Assembly: GCA_038245295.1 (NCBI GenBank)
Contig: JBBRSP010000023.1
Coordinates: forward strand, 1-64,000
DNA length: 64,000 nucleotides
Direction: 5' to 3'
Source of the DNA: Candidatus Binatia bacterium
GTDB taxonomy: Bacteria; Desulfobacterota; Binatia; HRBIN30
Of this stretch, positions 40,407-51,012 are shown one piece after another (the first letter of the stretch is position 1; each line of letters starts with the position of its first letter). A model generated the notes under the pieces. It saw only the letters and a program-made list of their open reading frames with translations. It searched no databases and was not told the DNA's origin. The position numbers and the translations under genes are program-made.

Positions 40407-41851
40407 CAGATTGCTCCCAGGGAGGCTTCGAGATTTGGCTCGAAGGCTGAACGGCCACGTGTCTGCGCCGCCGTCAAGGGTTGACGTACGGACTGCCGAG
40501 TAACGAATTGCTCTGCCAGCCGCGCCGCCAGCCGTCCACTAACGACGGCGCTCTCGATCGTCGCCGGTAGGCCGGTCTGGATCCAGTCGCCGGCGAGAAA
40601 CAAGTTGGCGACCGGTGTTGCCACGGCCGGACGCCAGCGCTCGGCCGCAGGCGTGGTGGCGATGGTTGCCGACTTTTCCTTGACGACCACCGTTCGGCGA
40701 ACGATGGCCTCGCGCGCCCGTGGCACCAGGGCCCGAATGTCGGTCACGACGGTCTCTGAGATCTCCTGCAAGCTGCGGTCTACGACGTCACGCCCGGCGC
40801 TGATGACGGCACTCAGGCACTCGCCGCTTCCATGGCCAGGGCTAGCCATCAGCCGCGTGCGGTTGAACAACCATTGCGTCGTCGTGCCGACGCATCCCGT
40901 GAAGTCGGCATCGAGGACCGGTCGATCGAACCATACATGAGTCGAGACGATTGGTGACGACTCGAGGAGCCGCAGCAGGTTGAACGGCGAGCCCTGCCGC
41001 AGTTCGTCCGGCAGCAATGCCAGCAGCGGTGCCGGCGGTGTGGCAACGATACACGCATCGAAGGCCAGCCGTTGACCGTCGCGCAAGCGAGCTCCAACGA
41101 CCTGGCCATCGGCGAAATCAAGAGATGCGACAGCGCTGCTCGTTAACACCCGGCCGCCGTTTTGTTCGATGCAGCGGCGTGCATCACCGGTGTAGAGCTC
41201 GCTCAAGCCGACGTTCGGCAGAACGAACTGAGACTCTGAACGCGCTCCGAGGAAGGCCCGCGCCAAAACCTCGACGAACGGTGCAGCGGCAGCTCGTGTC
41301 GGCATCTCGTTGAGGGTGGCGATCGCCACCGGGTTCCAAAAGCAGTTGCGCGTATTGACGGGCTGGCCGCAGGCGATGAGTATTTCGCTGACGGTCATTG
41401 ATGTCAGCCGCGCATCGCGCTGTCGTCGCCACAGCAGCAGCCGCAAGCCGCCGAGTAGAGCGCGGTAACGCTCCGACGTAGATAGGAGACGATAACGCAG
41501 CACGCCGCTCAGCATATGGAGGGGACCGGGCAGCGTCGCCGCGGCAATCGTCCCGCGTCGACCATCCCGGTGGCGCATGTCGACGCGCAAGTTTTGCTGC
41601 CGCGTCACCTTGTGGCTTGCACCGATCTGCTCGAGGAAGGCGAGGGTCTCGGTGTAGCAACCCATCATGGCGTGCTGGCCATTGTCGACGAGCTCGCCGC
41701 TCACGTCGTCGACAAAGGAATAGGCGCGTCCGCCCAACCTCGGACGACCTTCGAGTAAGGTGACGGAGAGCTTTCGCGTCGCCAGCTCGACGGCGGCGGC
41801 CAGTCCGGCGATTCCGCCGCCGATCACCACGGTGTGCCGTGGGCTGAGCAT
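40406..41851 (-). CDS. hpnE: Hydroxysqualene dehydroxylase
   Basis: GGGIAGL, LGGRAYSF, DNGQH, LAGDWIQTGLPATIESAV. Confidence 0.92.
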   Translation of the reverse strand: MLSPRHTVVIGGGIAGLAAAVELATRKLSVTLLEGRPRLGGRAYSFVDDVSGELVDNGQHAMMGCYTETLAFLEQIGASHKVTRQQNLRVDMRHRDGRRGTIAAATLPGPLHMLSGVLRYRLLSTSERYRALLGGLRLLLWRRQRDARLTSMTVSEILIACGQPVNTRNCFWNPVAIATLNEMPTRAAAAPFVEVLARAFLGARSESQFVLPNVGLSELYTGDARRCIEQNGGRVLTSSAVASLDFADGQVVGARLRDGQRLAFDACIVATPPAPLLALLPDELRQGSPFNLLRLLESSPIVSTHVWFDRPVLDADFTGCVGTTTQWLFNRTRLMASPGHGSGECLSAVISAGRDVVDRSLQEISETVVTDIRALVPRAREAIVRRTVVVKEKSATIATTPAAERWRPAVATPVANLFLAGDWIQTGLPATIESAVVSGRLAARLAEQFVTRQSVRQPLTAAQTRGRSAFEPNLEASLGAI

Positions 41852-43578
41852 TATGAGGCCCTCACGGGGAGCTGTGCACGTCCCCATGCCGTCAGAGCCA
41901 GGGTCAATTTTTCATAAGCGGAGAGCGTGATGCGCCCTTCGAAGACGTCGAAATGGCGAGCCTCGATGCGATCGAGGAGGCGCTCGTAGATCGACCGCAT
42001 CGCCTCGGCGGGGGCCAGCGACAGACGGTCTTGCGGCGCCAGGGCGCCGGCGGCTCGCAAATAGTAGGCGCGTGCGCGGCCGCATTCGAAGGCCATGAGA
42101 GCGCCGACGTTGTTGGAGTACTGGCCGCTCATGAGAACAGCTTCGCTGCAGTCGAAGCGCCGCAGGTCCTCGAGTGGCAGGTAGATTCGGCCACGCCGTG
42201 CGTCCTCTTCGACGTCGCGCAAGATGTTCGTCAGCTGAAACGCGATGCCGAGGTCGACGGCGAACTGCCGCGCGCTGTCGGTGCGATGCCCGAAGATAGC
42301 GATACACAAGAGGCCGACCGTCGATGCGACGAGGTAACAATATTCGTAGAGAGCATCGAAGGTATCGTAACGCCGGTGACTGAGATCCATCTCGACGCCG
42401 CGGATCAGGTCGAGGAAGTGCTGGCGTTCGAGCGGAAAGCGCCGGGCGGCGTCGGCAAGGGCAACACCGATCGGATGGGTTGGCCTGCCGTCGAAGGCGG
42501 CGTGTAGCTCGTCGCGCCAACGTTGCAACATCTGGGATGGGTCGCGCCGAGTGTCGTCGTCGGCGATGTCGTCGATGAACCGACAGAAGGCATAGACGGC
42601 GAACAGGGCTTGTCGGCGCGGTAGCGGCAAAAGGCGGAAGGCGTAATAGAAGTTGCTGGAGCTGCGCCGGGTGATCTCCTGGCAGCGCTGGTAGGCCGCG
42701 GTGAGATCCGGGCTCATCACGCTGCGCATCGAGGTCAGTGATGCGGCTACGACCCGCACCTTGTCGCTGATCGACAACCGCGGTCTGGCCTGAGCCACCT
42801 CGACGCTCTGGCTGGCGATACGTTCGAGGATCGCCAAGCCGCCACTGACGAATAAACGCAGTTCACGTGCCAGGTCCTTCTCGACGCTATCCGCGAGTGC
42901 TGACCCGGCGTGGAGCAGCTGTCGGGCTCTTTCGACCTCGAAGCAAATCAAGCGTGTTAGAGGTGGGCTCGGCTCGTGGTGCAGGATCTCGTCGGCACTG
43001 CAGTCGAAGCGCTGTAAGTCTTCGAGGGGCAGATAGACACGGCCTTTCGCCGCATCGATGGAAATGTCTTGCCAGAAGTTTGCGAGCTGCAGGCCGCTAC
43101 AGATCTGGTCGGCGAGATGTTGGCGGTGCGCATCATGGTAGCCGAAGAGGTAGAGAACCAGTTGGCCAACCGGGTCGGCGGAGTCGTGGCAGTAGGCAAG
43201 CAGATCGTCATACGTGGCAAACGGTCGGAATCGCACATCGCTGCGGAATGCGCTGAGTAAGCGGCGGAACGGATCGGCTGGAATCGCGAAGTGCTGAATC
43301 GTCTGCTGCAGGGCGACGAAGACCGGTTCGTTCGGCACGCCCCCGTAGCAGCGTTCGAGCTCCGCCTCCCATGCCGCAAGCTTGGCGAGACGTTCGTCTG
43401 CGGAGTCGCTCCCTTCGTCGGCCAGATCGTCGGCGTGGCGTGCGAACGCGTAGATCGCCGCGATGTGACGCTGCATGGATCGCGGCAGAAACCACGAGCC
43501 GACGACGAAGTTCTCGTAATGTCCATGAGCAATGTTCAAACAATGCCGATAGGCGGCTTCGACCGTTTCACTGGCCAT
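41851..43578 (-). CDS. hpnCD: Fused hydroxysqualene synthase HpnC - presqualene diphosphate synthase HpnD
   Basis: N-half HYENF, DDLADE, LQLANFWQD; C-half SNFYYAF, DDIADD, FQLTNILRD; one reading frame. Confidence 0.9.
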   Translation of the reverse strand: MASETVEAAYRHCLNIAHGHYENFVVGSWFLPRSMQRHIAAIYAFARHADDLADEGSDSADERLAKLAAWEAELERCYGGVPNEPVFVALQQTIQHFAIPADPFRRLLSAFRSDVRFRPFATYDDLLAYCHDSADPVGQLVLYLFGYHDAHRQHLADQICSGLQLANFWQDISIDAAKGRVYLPLEDLQRFDCSADEILHHEPSPPLTRLICFEVERARQLLHAGSALADSVEKDLARELRLFVSGGLAILERIASQSVEVAQARPRLSISDKVRVVAASLTSMRSVMSPDLTAAYQRCQEITRRSSSNFYYAFRLLPLPRRQALFAVYAFCRFIDDIADDDTRRDPSQMLQRWRDELHAAFDGRPTHPIGVALADAARRFPLERQHFLDLIRGVEMDLSHRRYDTFDALYEYCYLVASTVGLLCIAIFGHRTDSARQFAVDLGIAFQLTNILRDVEEDARRGRIYLPLEDLRRFDCSEAVLMSGQYSNNVGALMAFECGRARAYYLRAAGALAPQDRLSLAPAEAMRSIYERLLDRIEARHFDVFEGRITLSAYEKLTLALTAWGRAQLPVRAS

Positions 43579-45535
43579 GGTCTCCTCCGAACGCTTCTAG
43601 TCGGTGGCGATACTGACCGAGCGCCATGAGCGGGAAGTAGTTCCGGTACATGTCGTAACGCAGGTAGAAGTGGCGCGGAAAACCGGTGCCGGTGAAGAGC
43701 GTCTCATCCCACGTGCCATCGCTTCGTTGCGTGGCGAGGAGATGGGCGATACCGCGTTCGACCGCTTGGCTCGATCCGGGTTCCCCGGCGAGCAGGCCGA
43801 GGATTGCCCAGGCGGTCTGTGACGGTGTTGAAGCGCCGCGTCCGGCTTGGCGTTCGTCGGCGTACGACTCGAGTGATTCGCCCCAGCCACCGTCGGCATT
43901 CTGATGCGCCTTCAGCCAAGCGACGGCACGCCTGATGGGTAGAGAGCTCGGATCGTCGCCAATGGCACGCAGGCCGGAAAGGACGGACCAAGTGCCATAG
44001 ATGAAATTGGCGCCCCATCGTCCCCACCACGAGCCGTCGTCGCGTTGGGTACGCAGGACATAGGCGTGAGCGCGGCGAGCGCGTGGATGGGTCAGGTTGA
44101 ATCCGTAGTTGCCCATCATCTCGAGCAGCCGGCCGGTCAGGTCCTCGCTCGGCGGATCGATCATCGCCTCCATGTCGGCGAAGGGAATCTGGTTGAGGAA
44201 CTCGGCATCGTTGTTGGTGTCGAAAGCACCCCACCCGCCATTTCGGCTCTGCATGCCAAGCGTCCAGTTGATGCCGGCGGCGATGCCGCGCTGCTGCTGC
44301 AGGGCATCGCTTGCGGTGATGCGCCGCAGCACCATCAGGATGACGGCGCTGTCGTCGACGTCGGGGTACCAATCGTTGGCAAACTCGAAGGCCCAGCCGC
44401 CCGGCGCGAGGTCGGGGTTGTAGACCTTCCAGTCGCCAGGCTTGAAGATCTGATTGCGCAGCAGCCAATCGGCGGAGCGAACCAGCGCCGGATGATCTGC
44501 CGGGGCACCCGAATCGAGCAAGGCCTTGGCGGCGAGCGCGGTATCCCAGGTCGGGGAAACGCAGGGTTGGAAGAACAGGGTGTCGCCGTCGGACGTCACG
44601 AAGTTATCGATCTCCGCCATTCCCTTCTTCACGACGGGATGGCTATCGGCGTAACCAAGGGCGCGTAGGGCCATGACGCTGTTGATCATCGGCGGTTGGA
44701 TACCGCCCCAGCCGCCGTTCCAGTCCTGGTGCTCCACGATCCATTCTTCGGCGCGTTTCAAGGCGCGAGCCCGCAACGGCTTCCATGAACTTCGACCGAC
44801 AAACTTCAGTGCGGCATCGAGTCCGAGAAAGAAGTTGCGCCAGGTGAGCCACTCGCGGCTCGCAGGAAAACCCACGTTTTCAGCGGTGGGTGGATTGAGC
44901 CAGAGCTCGCCGACGCCTTGCTGTGCATCGATGGTGATGGCGGGTTGCTTGGCCATCAGGATCGTCAGGGGCACAACGGTCCCGCGGGCCCAACTCGACA
45001 GCGCGTAGATGTTGATCGGGAACGATGGGGGTAAGAGGATCAGCTCGACGGGCATCGCCGGCAACCCCCACCACGGAAACTGTCCGAAGTAAGCCAGGAA
45101 GGTCCGTGTAAACACCCCCGCCTTGGCCAGGCCCCCATGGGCTCGGATGAAGTCGGCCGCACGGCGCAGCGGCGCCTCATCAGCGCCGCTGCCGGCGAGC
45201 TTCAGTGCGAAATAGGCTTCGATCGTGTCGCTGACATGACCGGCTCCGCCTTCGAAGAGTGGCCAGCTGCCGTCGGCCTTTTGGGTTGCCAGCATGTGGT
45301 CGACGATGCGGCGCTCTGTGCCGACCGGCCGCCGACCCATGAAGCGGTTGAAGATGATGTACTGGGCGTCCATCGAAACATTTGCTTCGAGTGGGGCGTG
45401 CCAGAAACCTGCGTGGACTTGTTGGCTGAAGAACCAACGATGGCTGCGCTCGATCGCGGCGTCGAGAGACGCCTCTCCCGGGTCAATTGCGGCAGTTGGG
45501 ATCGAGTTGCAGCTCAGATCGCTTAGATGATGCAT
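43568..45535 (-). CDS. shc: Squalene-hopene cyclase
   Basis: YPDVDDSA (DxDD), QW repeats, GTGFPRHFYLRY; GAGGAAAG upstream of the ATG. Confidence 0.97.
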   Translation of the reverse strand: MHHLSDLSCNSIPTAAIDPGEASLDAAIERSHRWFFSQQVHAGFWHAPLEANVSMDAQYIIFNRFMGRRPVGTERRIVDHMLATQKADGSWPLFEGGAGHVSDTIEAYFALKLAGSGADEAPLRRAADFIRAHGGLAKAGVFTRTFLAYFGQFPWWGLPAMPVELILLPPSFPINIYALSSWARGTVVPLTILMAKQPAITIDAQQGVGELWLNPPTAENVGFPASREWLTWRNFFLGLDAALKFVGRSSWKPLRARALKRAEEWIVEHQDWNGGWGGIQPPMINSVMALRALGYADSHPVVKKGMAEIDNFVTSDGDTLFFQPCVSPTWDTALAAKALLDSGAPADHPALVRSADWLLRNQIFKPGDWKVYNPDLAPGGWAFEFANDWYPDVDDSAVILMVLRRITASDALQQQRGIAAGINWTLGMQSRNGGWGAFDTNNDAEFLNQIPFADMEAMIDPPSEDLTGRLLEMMGNYGFNLTHPRARRAHAYVLRTQRDDGSWWGRWGANFIYGTWSVLSGLRAIGDDPSSLPIRRAVAWLKAHQNADGGWGESLESYADERQAGRGASTPSQTAWAILGLLAGEPGSSQAVERGIAHLLATQRSDGTWDETLFTGTGFPRHFYLRYDMYRNYFPLMALGQYRHRLEAFGGDHGQ

Positions 45536-46445
45536 ACTTTCCTCGTGAATGTGTGCCCAGGTCGGTTGTGAATGCTTGCCAACCACCCGACTCGAAGCGA
45601 CGAGCCAACTCGTCGGCGTCGCTCGGGCAGAGGCAGATGACTGCCCCACCGCCGCCGCCGCCGGTTAGCTTGGCACCGAGCGCTCCATGGGCGCGGGCCA
45701 TGGCGATCATCGCGTCAAGCTCGTCCGTCGAGACACCCAGCTGTTTCAGAATGGCGTGGTTGGCGTTCATGAGTGTACCGAGTCGATCGAGATCGCCGTC
45801 GTCCAAGGCGTCGATGCCCTGTTCAACCAACTCCTGCACCTGATCGAAGAGCGGCTCGAAACGTGATGGATTGTCCTGCCAACGCGAACGCAGCTCTGTG
45901 ACGACCTTGCGGGTCTGGCGCGGCGACCGACCAATGGCGACGACGAGTGGGGTCGAGCGACGACAGGGCAGGGGGCGCAATGCCTTGCCGCGCTGAAAGG
46001 CGATCAAGCCTTGGTAGGTGGCAACGCTGTTGTCGATGCCGGACGGATGGCCGTGGAAGACTTCCTCGATGGCGTATGCGTGAGCGCAAATCGCTTCGAG
46101 GTCGAGCTCGCGATTGGTGAGGGCGGCGAGAGCGCGCACGAGGGCGACGCTCAAAGCTGCGGAGCTGCCAAGGCCGACGGCCAGGGGCAGGTTGGTCTCG
46201 ATGCTCAGGTCCAGGCCGTGGCGCGGGATATTCATTCGTGTTGCCGCGACCACGACGGCTTGCTCGAGGCGAGCATCGGCAAAGGCCTTGGGCGCTTTGT
46301 CGGAAACGCTCAGTTGCACCGACACGTGTCTATCGATCGACGCGGCAATTGCCGCTCGCCCGTAGACCACGACGTGTTCGCCCAGCAAAATGACCTTGCC
46401 GGGCGCCACGCCGCGGGCGCGAGCGGGGTGCAACACAGGTGTCAT
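45483..46445 (-). CDS. mvk: Mevalonate kinase
   Basis: PGKVILLGEH.VVYG, GLGSSAA, PSGIDN, KLTGGGGGG. Confidence 0.93.
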   Translation of the reverse strand: MTPVLHPARARGVAPGKVILLGEHVVVYGRAAIAASIDRHVSVQLSVSDKAPKAFADARLEQAVVVAATRMNIPRHGLDLSIETNLPLAVGLGSSAALSVALVRALAALTNRELDLEAICAHAYAIEEVFHGHPSGIDNSVATYQGLIAFQRGKALRPLPCRRSTPLVVAIGRSPRQTRKVVTELRSRWQDNPSRFEPLFDQVQELVEQGIDALDDGDLDRLGTLMNANHAILKQLGVSTDELDAMIAMARAHGALGAKLTGGGGGGAVICLCPSDADELARRFESGGWQAFTTDLGTHSRGKYASSKRSELQLDPNCRN

Positions 46446-47734
46446 GCGGCTGCTTGCGCGGCGAGCAGGATTTCGCGGGCCTTGCTGAGTTTGATCTCGC
46501 CGCAGGCGATCATGTCGTCGACAATCTGGTCGACGAGATCCTCGGGAGCACCGGCGGCGAGTGCCAACCCGCGGGCGTGCAAGGCCATGTGGCCGCGTTG
46601 AATGCCGTCCGTGACGAGGGCGCGCATGGCGGCGAAGTTCTGGGCCAGACCGACGGCTGCCATGACCGAAGCCAGGTCGCGCGCCGATTTGACGCCGAGC
46701 AAGCGCAGGGCGAAGCGGACGCGTGGATTGCATTCTGTGTTGCCGCCGACGGTGCCGACAGCCAAGGGAAGCTCGATCGAACCGACCAAGCTCTCCTCAA
46801 TGACGCGCCATTCGCTGAGGGGGCCGTATTGTCCTGCCCGCGCCGCGTAGGCATGCGCGCCGGCTTCAATGCCCCGCCAGTCCTGGCCGGTGGCGAGGGC
46901 AACCGCATCGATGCCGTTCATGGCGCCCTTGTTGTGGGTGGCGGCGCGGTACGGGTCGGCGGCGGCGAAAGCCCACGCCTCCATCATGCGTTCCGCAACT
47001 TGGCGTCCCGAGAACAACTTCGTCTCCAGCAACGCGAAGGGGATTTCAGCACGCGCACGGGCCAGCCGCTGATCGGCAAGGTTGGAGAGGATGCGCAAAC
47101 GAGCTTCGCCGCCGGCAAGCTCTTCAATCGTGGGCGACAGGGCCTCGGCCATGGTGTTCACGACATTGGCGCCCATGGCGTCGCCGACATCGACGATCAG
47201 GTGGATGACCAGCATCGGCCCAATCGCGGTCTGCGGCAGCGGGCGTATCTCAATGCGGCGCGCGCCACCGCCGCGCTTTTGCATGTTGGGATGGATGGCG
47301 TTGGCCATGGTCAGCAACTGCGGTTCGGCGGCTGAGATACGTTGCACGGCGCCGTCCAGATCGGCCACGCGCAAGAGCTGAATCTGCGCGATCATCAGTG
47401 GTGCGTCGGCTTCGGCCGTGAAGCCGCCGGCGCCACGAATCAAGCGAGCCGCGAAGCTGGCAGCGGCGACGACCGAGGGCTCTTCGATCGCCATGGGGAC
47501 CAGTCGCTCCACGCCGTTGATCAGAAAGTTCAGGCCGACACCGAGCGGCAAGCCAAGGACGCCGACGGCGTTCTCGATCATGTGATCGGCGGTCTCGAAG
47601 TGGAGCGGCGAGGGTTCGGAGAGAACGGAGATCTCAGCCAAATCGACATCGGAACGTTCGGCGAGACGCCGCAGGCGCTCCGGTCGATCCATTTTATAGA
47701 AGCCTTCGATTCGTGATCCGCGTGTGTTGTGCAT
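46442..47734 (-). CDS. mvaA: Class II HMG-CoA reductase
   Basis: MIENAVG, EEPSVVAA, DAMGAN, THNKG.MNG, GIQRGHM. Confidence 0.96.
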   Translation of the reverse strand: MHNTRGSRIEGFYKMDRPERLRRLAERSDVDLAEISVLSEPSPLHFETADHMIENAVGVLGLPLGVGLNFLINGVERLVPMAIEEPSVVAAASFAARLIRGAGGFTAEADAPLMIAQIQLLRVADLDGAVQRISAAEPQLLTMANAIHPNMQKRGGGARRIEIRPLPQTAIGPMLVIHLIVDVGDAMGANVVNTMAEALSPTIEELAGGEARLRILSNLADQRLARARAEIPFALLETKLFSGRQVAERMMEAWAFAAADPYRAATHNKGAMNGIDAVALATGQDWRGIEAGAHAYAARAGQYGPLSEWRVIEESLVGSIELPLAVGTVGGNTECNPRVRFALRLLGVKSARDLASVMAAVGLAQNFAAMRALVTDGIQRGHMALHARGLALAAGAPEDLVDQIVDDMIACGEIKLSKAREILLAAQAAA

Positions 47735-47752
47735 ACCTTCCTCGTGTAGTGG

Positions 47753-48832
47753 CTAGTGGTTGCCGGCAGTGGCGCGTAACCATGAGTTGATGCGTTCGCC
47801 GAGGACGACGGGTTGACGCCGCAGGTCGTCGAGAGTGCGTGATCCGGTCAGTAACATTGCCGTCTTGAGAGCATCGAGTAGCTCGTCGACGAACTCGATC
47901 GCTCCGTCGATGCCGCGCTCGCGGTGCGCCCGGAAGATCGGCAGAGCGGCGCCGCAGATCCGCGCCCCGAGGGCGATCGCTTTCGCCATTTCAAGGCCGG
48001 TGCGTAGGCCGCCGCTGGCAATCAGCTCGAGGCCGGTGGGTCGAAGCATGGCGAGGGATGCCGCCGTGGGGATACCCCATGATGAGAACACCGAGCCGAG
48101 CTGGCGACTGTGGGTGTCGCCGCGCAAGGCTTCGACTCGTACCCATGAGGTGCCGCCGGCTCCGGAGACGTCGACGTGGCGAACGCCGGCCCGTTGCAGC
48201 GCGACGCCGACGGCGCTCGAGATCCCGCAGCCGGTTTCCTTGGCGATCACAGGAACAGTGAGCTCACGGCAGAGTCGTGCGAGGGTCGAGTAGCCATCGC
48301 GAAAGCTGCGATCGCCCTCGGGCTGAATCATCTCCTGGGCTGGGTTTAGATGCACGCATAGTGCGTCGGCGGCGACGCTGCGCACGAGCTCGGCGATCGC
48401 ATCGGTCGACTGTTCGCTCGCCTGGATCAGGCCGATATTGGCCAGCAGGAGTGTGGTCGGGGCATGCTCGCGGACGGCAAAGGTCCACGCCGTGCGCGGG
48501 TCGCGCTGCATGACACGCTGACTGCCAAGACCAAAGGCGATCCCGAAATGTTCGGCAACACCGGCGAGATCGCGGTTGATCTCGAATGCCTGCTCGGTTC
48601 CGCCGGTCATTCCGGTGATGAGCAGTGGCGCACGCAGGCGGCGCCCGAGAAAGTCGACGCTGATATCGATGTCGGCGAGGGCCAGCTCCGGAAGCGAGTT
48701 GTGGATCAGTTCGACGTCTTCGAAAAGTGTCGTCTTACCATCGTATTCGACCTCCCCCGTGCCGCACACGTCGAGGTGCGATTGCTTGCGGCTTTGCAGG
48801 GCCGTGCTGGCGAAGTCCTTAGCTACAGCCAA
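47753..48832 (-). CDS. fni: Type 2 isopentenyl-diphosphate isomerase
   Basis: RK..H, MTGG, GSQR, HLNPAQE, KETGCG, GAGGTSW. Confidence 0.96.
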   Translation of the reverse strand: MAVAKDFASTALQSRKQSHLDVCGTGEVEYDGKTTLFEDVELIHNSLPELALADIDISVDFLGRRLRAPLLITGMTGGTEQAFEINRDLAGVAEHFGIAFGLGSQRVMQRDPRTAWTFAVREHAPTTLLLANIGLIQASEQSTDAIAELVRSVAADALCVHLNPAQEMIQPEGDRSFRDGYSTLARLCRELTVPVIAKETGCGISSAVGVALQRAGVRHVDVSGAGGTSWVRVEALRGDTHSRQLGSVFSSWGIPTAASLAMLRPTGLELIASGGLRTGLEMAKAIALGARICGAALPIFRAHRERGIDGAIEFVDELLDALKTAMLLTGSRTLDDLRRQPVVLGERINSWLRATAGNH

Positions 48833-49841
48833 TGGTGACCCCTTTGTCCGACAGATTCAGATCGAGTGGAGTGATCCCACCGGCACGCCAGGCCTGTCGG
48901 ATGCCATCGGCTGCCACTGTGTCGGTGCTGAAGGCGATGCCGCAATCGCCACCACCCGCGCCGGAGGCCTTGGCCGCCGCGCCGTGGGCGTGGGCGATAT
49001 CGATCAAGGTGCGCAGACCCGGGGTGATGATTGGCAATCCCAGCGCCGTTCCAAGCTGCTCGATTGCGGCCGCCAGATCGTCAATCGGATTCAGGTCGAG
49101 GTTGCCGGTTCGCAGGGCTTCGGCGAACTTGTCGACAGCCGTTCGGCTGAAGTGAACGAAGCTTCGACGATCCTCGCGTTGCCCGTTGGTGGCAGCGAGA
49201 TAGCGACTGACGAGGTTGAGCGTTGATGCCGGCGTGCCGGTCCATCCGACCAGAAAACTGACCCCGCCAGGTAGCGCCAGGTGCTCGACCTCCGGTAGCG
49301 AGTCACCGTGCGGCTGCAGGCGAACGACACCACCGAAGACCGACGCCGCGATATCACCGCCACTGCCGGTTCCACGCTGCGCCTCGCGGTGGGCCTCGAA
49401 CGCCGCCGCGAAGACATCGTGCCGTGCGGCGTCGACGTTGCGACCGGTCGATGCAAATAGCGCCGCCGTCCACGCTGCGGTGACCGCGGCACTGCCGCCG
49501 AGTCCGGTCTTTACGCCGCCGACACCGTCGAGATCACTTTCGATGGTGACCTCGAATCCCTCGCCCCGAAGCTCGGGCAGTCGAGCCAAAGCCGCTCGGT
49601 AGGCACTCAAAACAAAGGCCCATGGTGTCTCCCCTGAAGCGGGCACGTTGTCCGCTGGAAATTCGATGGGGGTGACGTTGGCGGCGGACGTGATGCGGAC
49701 GTTCTGTCGGTCTGTCCGCTCCAGTGTCACGGTAACGAAGCGATCGACTGCCGCGATGATCGCCGGACAGCCGTCGAGGACGGCATACTCGCCCAGGAGA
49801 AAGAGTTTGCCTGGGGCGCGTGCGACCAATCGCCGGCTCAT
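48819..49841 (-). CDS. mvaK2: Phosphomevalonate kinase
   Basis: APGKLFLLGEYAVL, KTGLGGSAA, GSGGDIAAS, KASGAGGGDCG. Confidence 0.9.
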   Translation of the reverse strand: MSRRLVARAPGKLFLLGEYAVLDGCPAIIAAVDRFVTVTLERTDRQNVRITSAANVTPIEFPADNVPASGETPWAFVLSAYRAALARLPELRGEGFEVTIESDLDGVGGVKTGLGGSAAVTAAWTAALFASTGRNVDAARHDVFAAAFEAHREAQRGTGSGGDIAASVFGGVVRLQPHGDSLPEVEHLALPGGVSFLVGWTGTPASTLNLVSRYLAATNGQREDRRSFVHFSRTAVDKFAEALRTGNLDLNPIDDLAAAIEQLGTALGLPIITPGLRTLIDIAHAHGAAAKASGAGGGDCGIAFSTDTVAADGIRQAWRAGGITPLDLNLSDKGVTIGCS

Positions 49842-50824
49842 TTGACCTCCAGCAACTCGGCGTCGGGGCCGGGCTCGGACAGCAAGGTTCTGTGCACGCC
49901 GGGCACGCGGCCGAGCGCCGCGGCGACCTCATCGCGCTGATCGATCGGGCAAATGACTTTGACTTGCGGGCCGGCATCAATGGTGAAGTAACAGCTGAGG
50001 CCCTCATCCCGCAGTTGTCGGACCCGTTCGATCACCGCCAACGTGGCGGGCTTCCAGTAGAAGAGGGGTGGTTTGGCAGCCAGAGCAACCGCATGCATCT
50101 TCAAGCAGTTGTGTTCAGCCGCGAGACCGACCGCCTCGATGTCGCGTGCCAGAATGCCGCGTCGGATGTCGTCGAGGTCATCCTCGTGGGAGGCCAGCCA
50201 GGCGCTGAAGAATGGCGACTGCTTGACGGCGCGCGCCATGCCCTCGCGGGACCCAACGTCCTTTTTCCCCTCATGTGTAATGGCGACGACGACGCCAAGC
50301 GGCCAGTGGTCGGCGCTGGCAATCGGGGTTGCAAACGAATCCGACCCGTCGCTTATCTCCCCCGGAAGCCACTCGACATAACCGCCATGGATCGAGCGCG
50401 CCGCCGAGCCCGATCCAAGCCTGGCGACGATCGACAACTCGGTCGGCGACAAGGCAAGGTCACATGCCGCGGCCGTGGCTACTGCCAGGGCAGCGAATGT
50501 CGAAGCAGAGGATGCAATCCCAGCGGCTACAGGAAAACTCGTGTCGATCTCGACGGCGAGGGGCATGCGACGTGACGCCCGCTGACGCACGAGATCGAGG
50601 AACGTACTGATGCGCTGTGCTTCCTGGTGCGGTGCCGCTGCGCCATTCATGAGCACGCTATCGACTGCCTGCCGCGCGGCAGGGGCGACGCGTGCGGTCG
50701 TCGTCAGGCCGGCCAGCGTGACGGACAAACTTCCCGTATAGGGCAAGTTGAGCTTGTCGTCGCGCTTACCCCAGTATTTGGCCAGCGCCACATTGGCGCA
50801 GGCGCGAGCGAGTGCGCAGCTCAT
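49838..50824 (-). CDS. mvaD: Diphosphomevalonate decarboxylase
   Basis: NVALAKYWGK, AAGIASSAS, GSGSAARS, FTIDAGPQV. Confidence 0.95.
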   Translation of the reverse strand: MSCALARACANVALAKYWGKRDDKLNLPYTGSLSVTLAGLTTTARVAPAARQAVDSVLMNGAAAPHQEAQRISTFLDLVRQRASRRMPLAVEIDTSFPVAAGIASSASTFAALAVATAAACDLALSPTELSIVARLGSGSAARSIHGGYVEWLPGEISDGSDSFATPIASADHWPLGVVVAITHEGKKDVGSREGMARAVKQSPFFSAWLASHEDDLDDIRRGILARDIEAVGLAAEHNCLKMHAVALAAKPPLFYWKPATLAVIERVRQLRDEGLSCYFTIDAGPQVKVICPIDQRDEVAAALGRVPGVHRTLLSEPGPDAELLEVK

Positions 50825-51012
50825 TTGCTAACCGTCCGGTCAGGGGCGGGTCGATCGAAAGCGATTTGCAAGTCTTCGTGTGCCATCTTGATCGTTGAGA
50901 GAGCGGGCTGCCATTCCTTCCAAACCGCTCGGTCAGGTGTTTATCCGTTCGCCTCCCGAACTGTCAATACTGCGAACGAGAAACGTGTCGAGGGCCGAAA
51001 TGCAAGGCCGTC

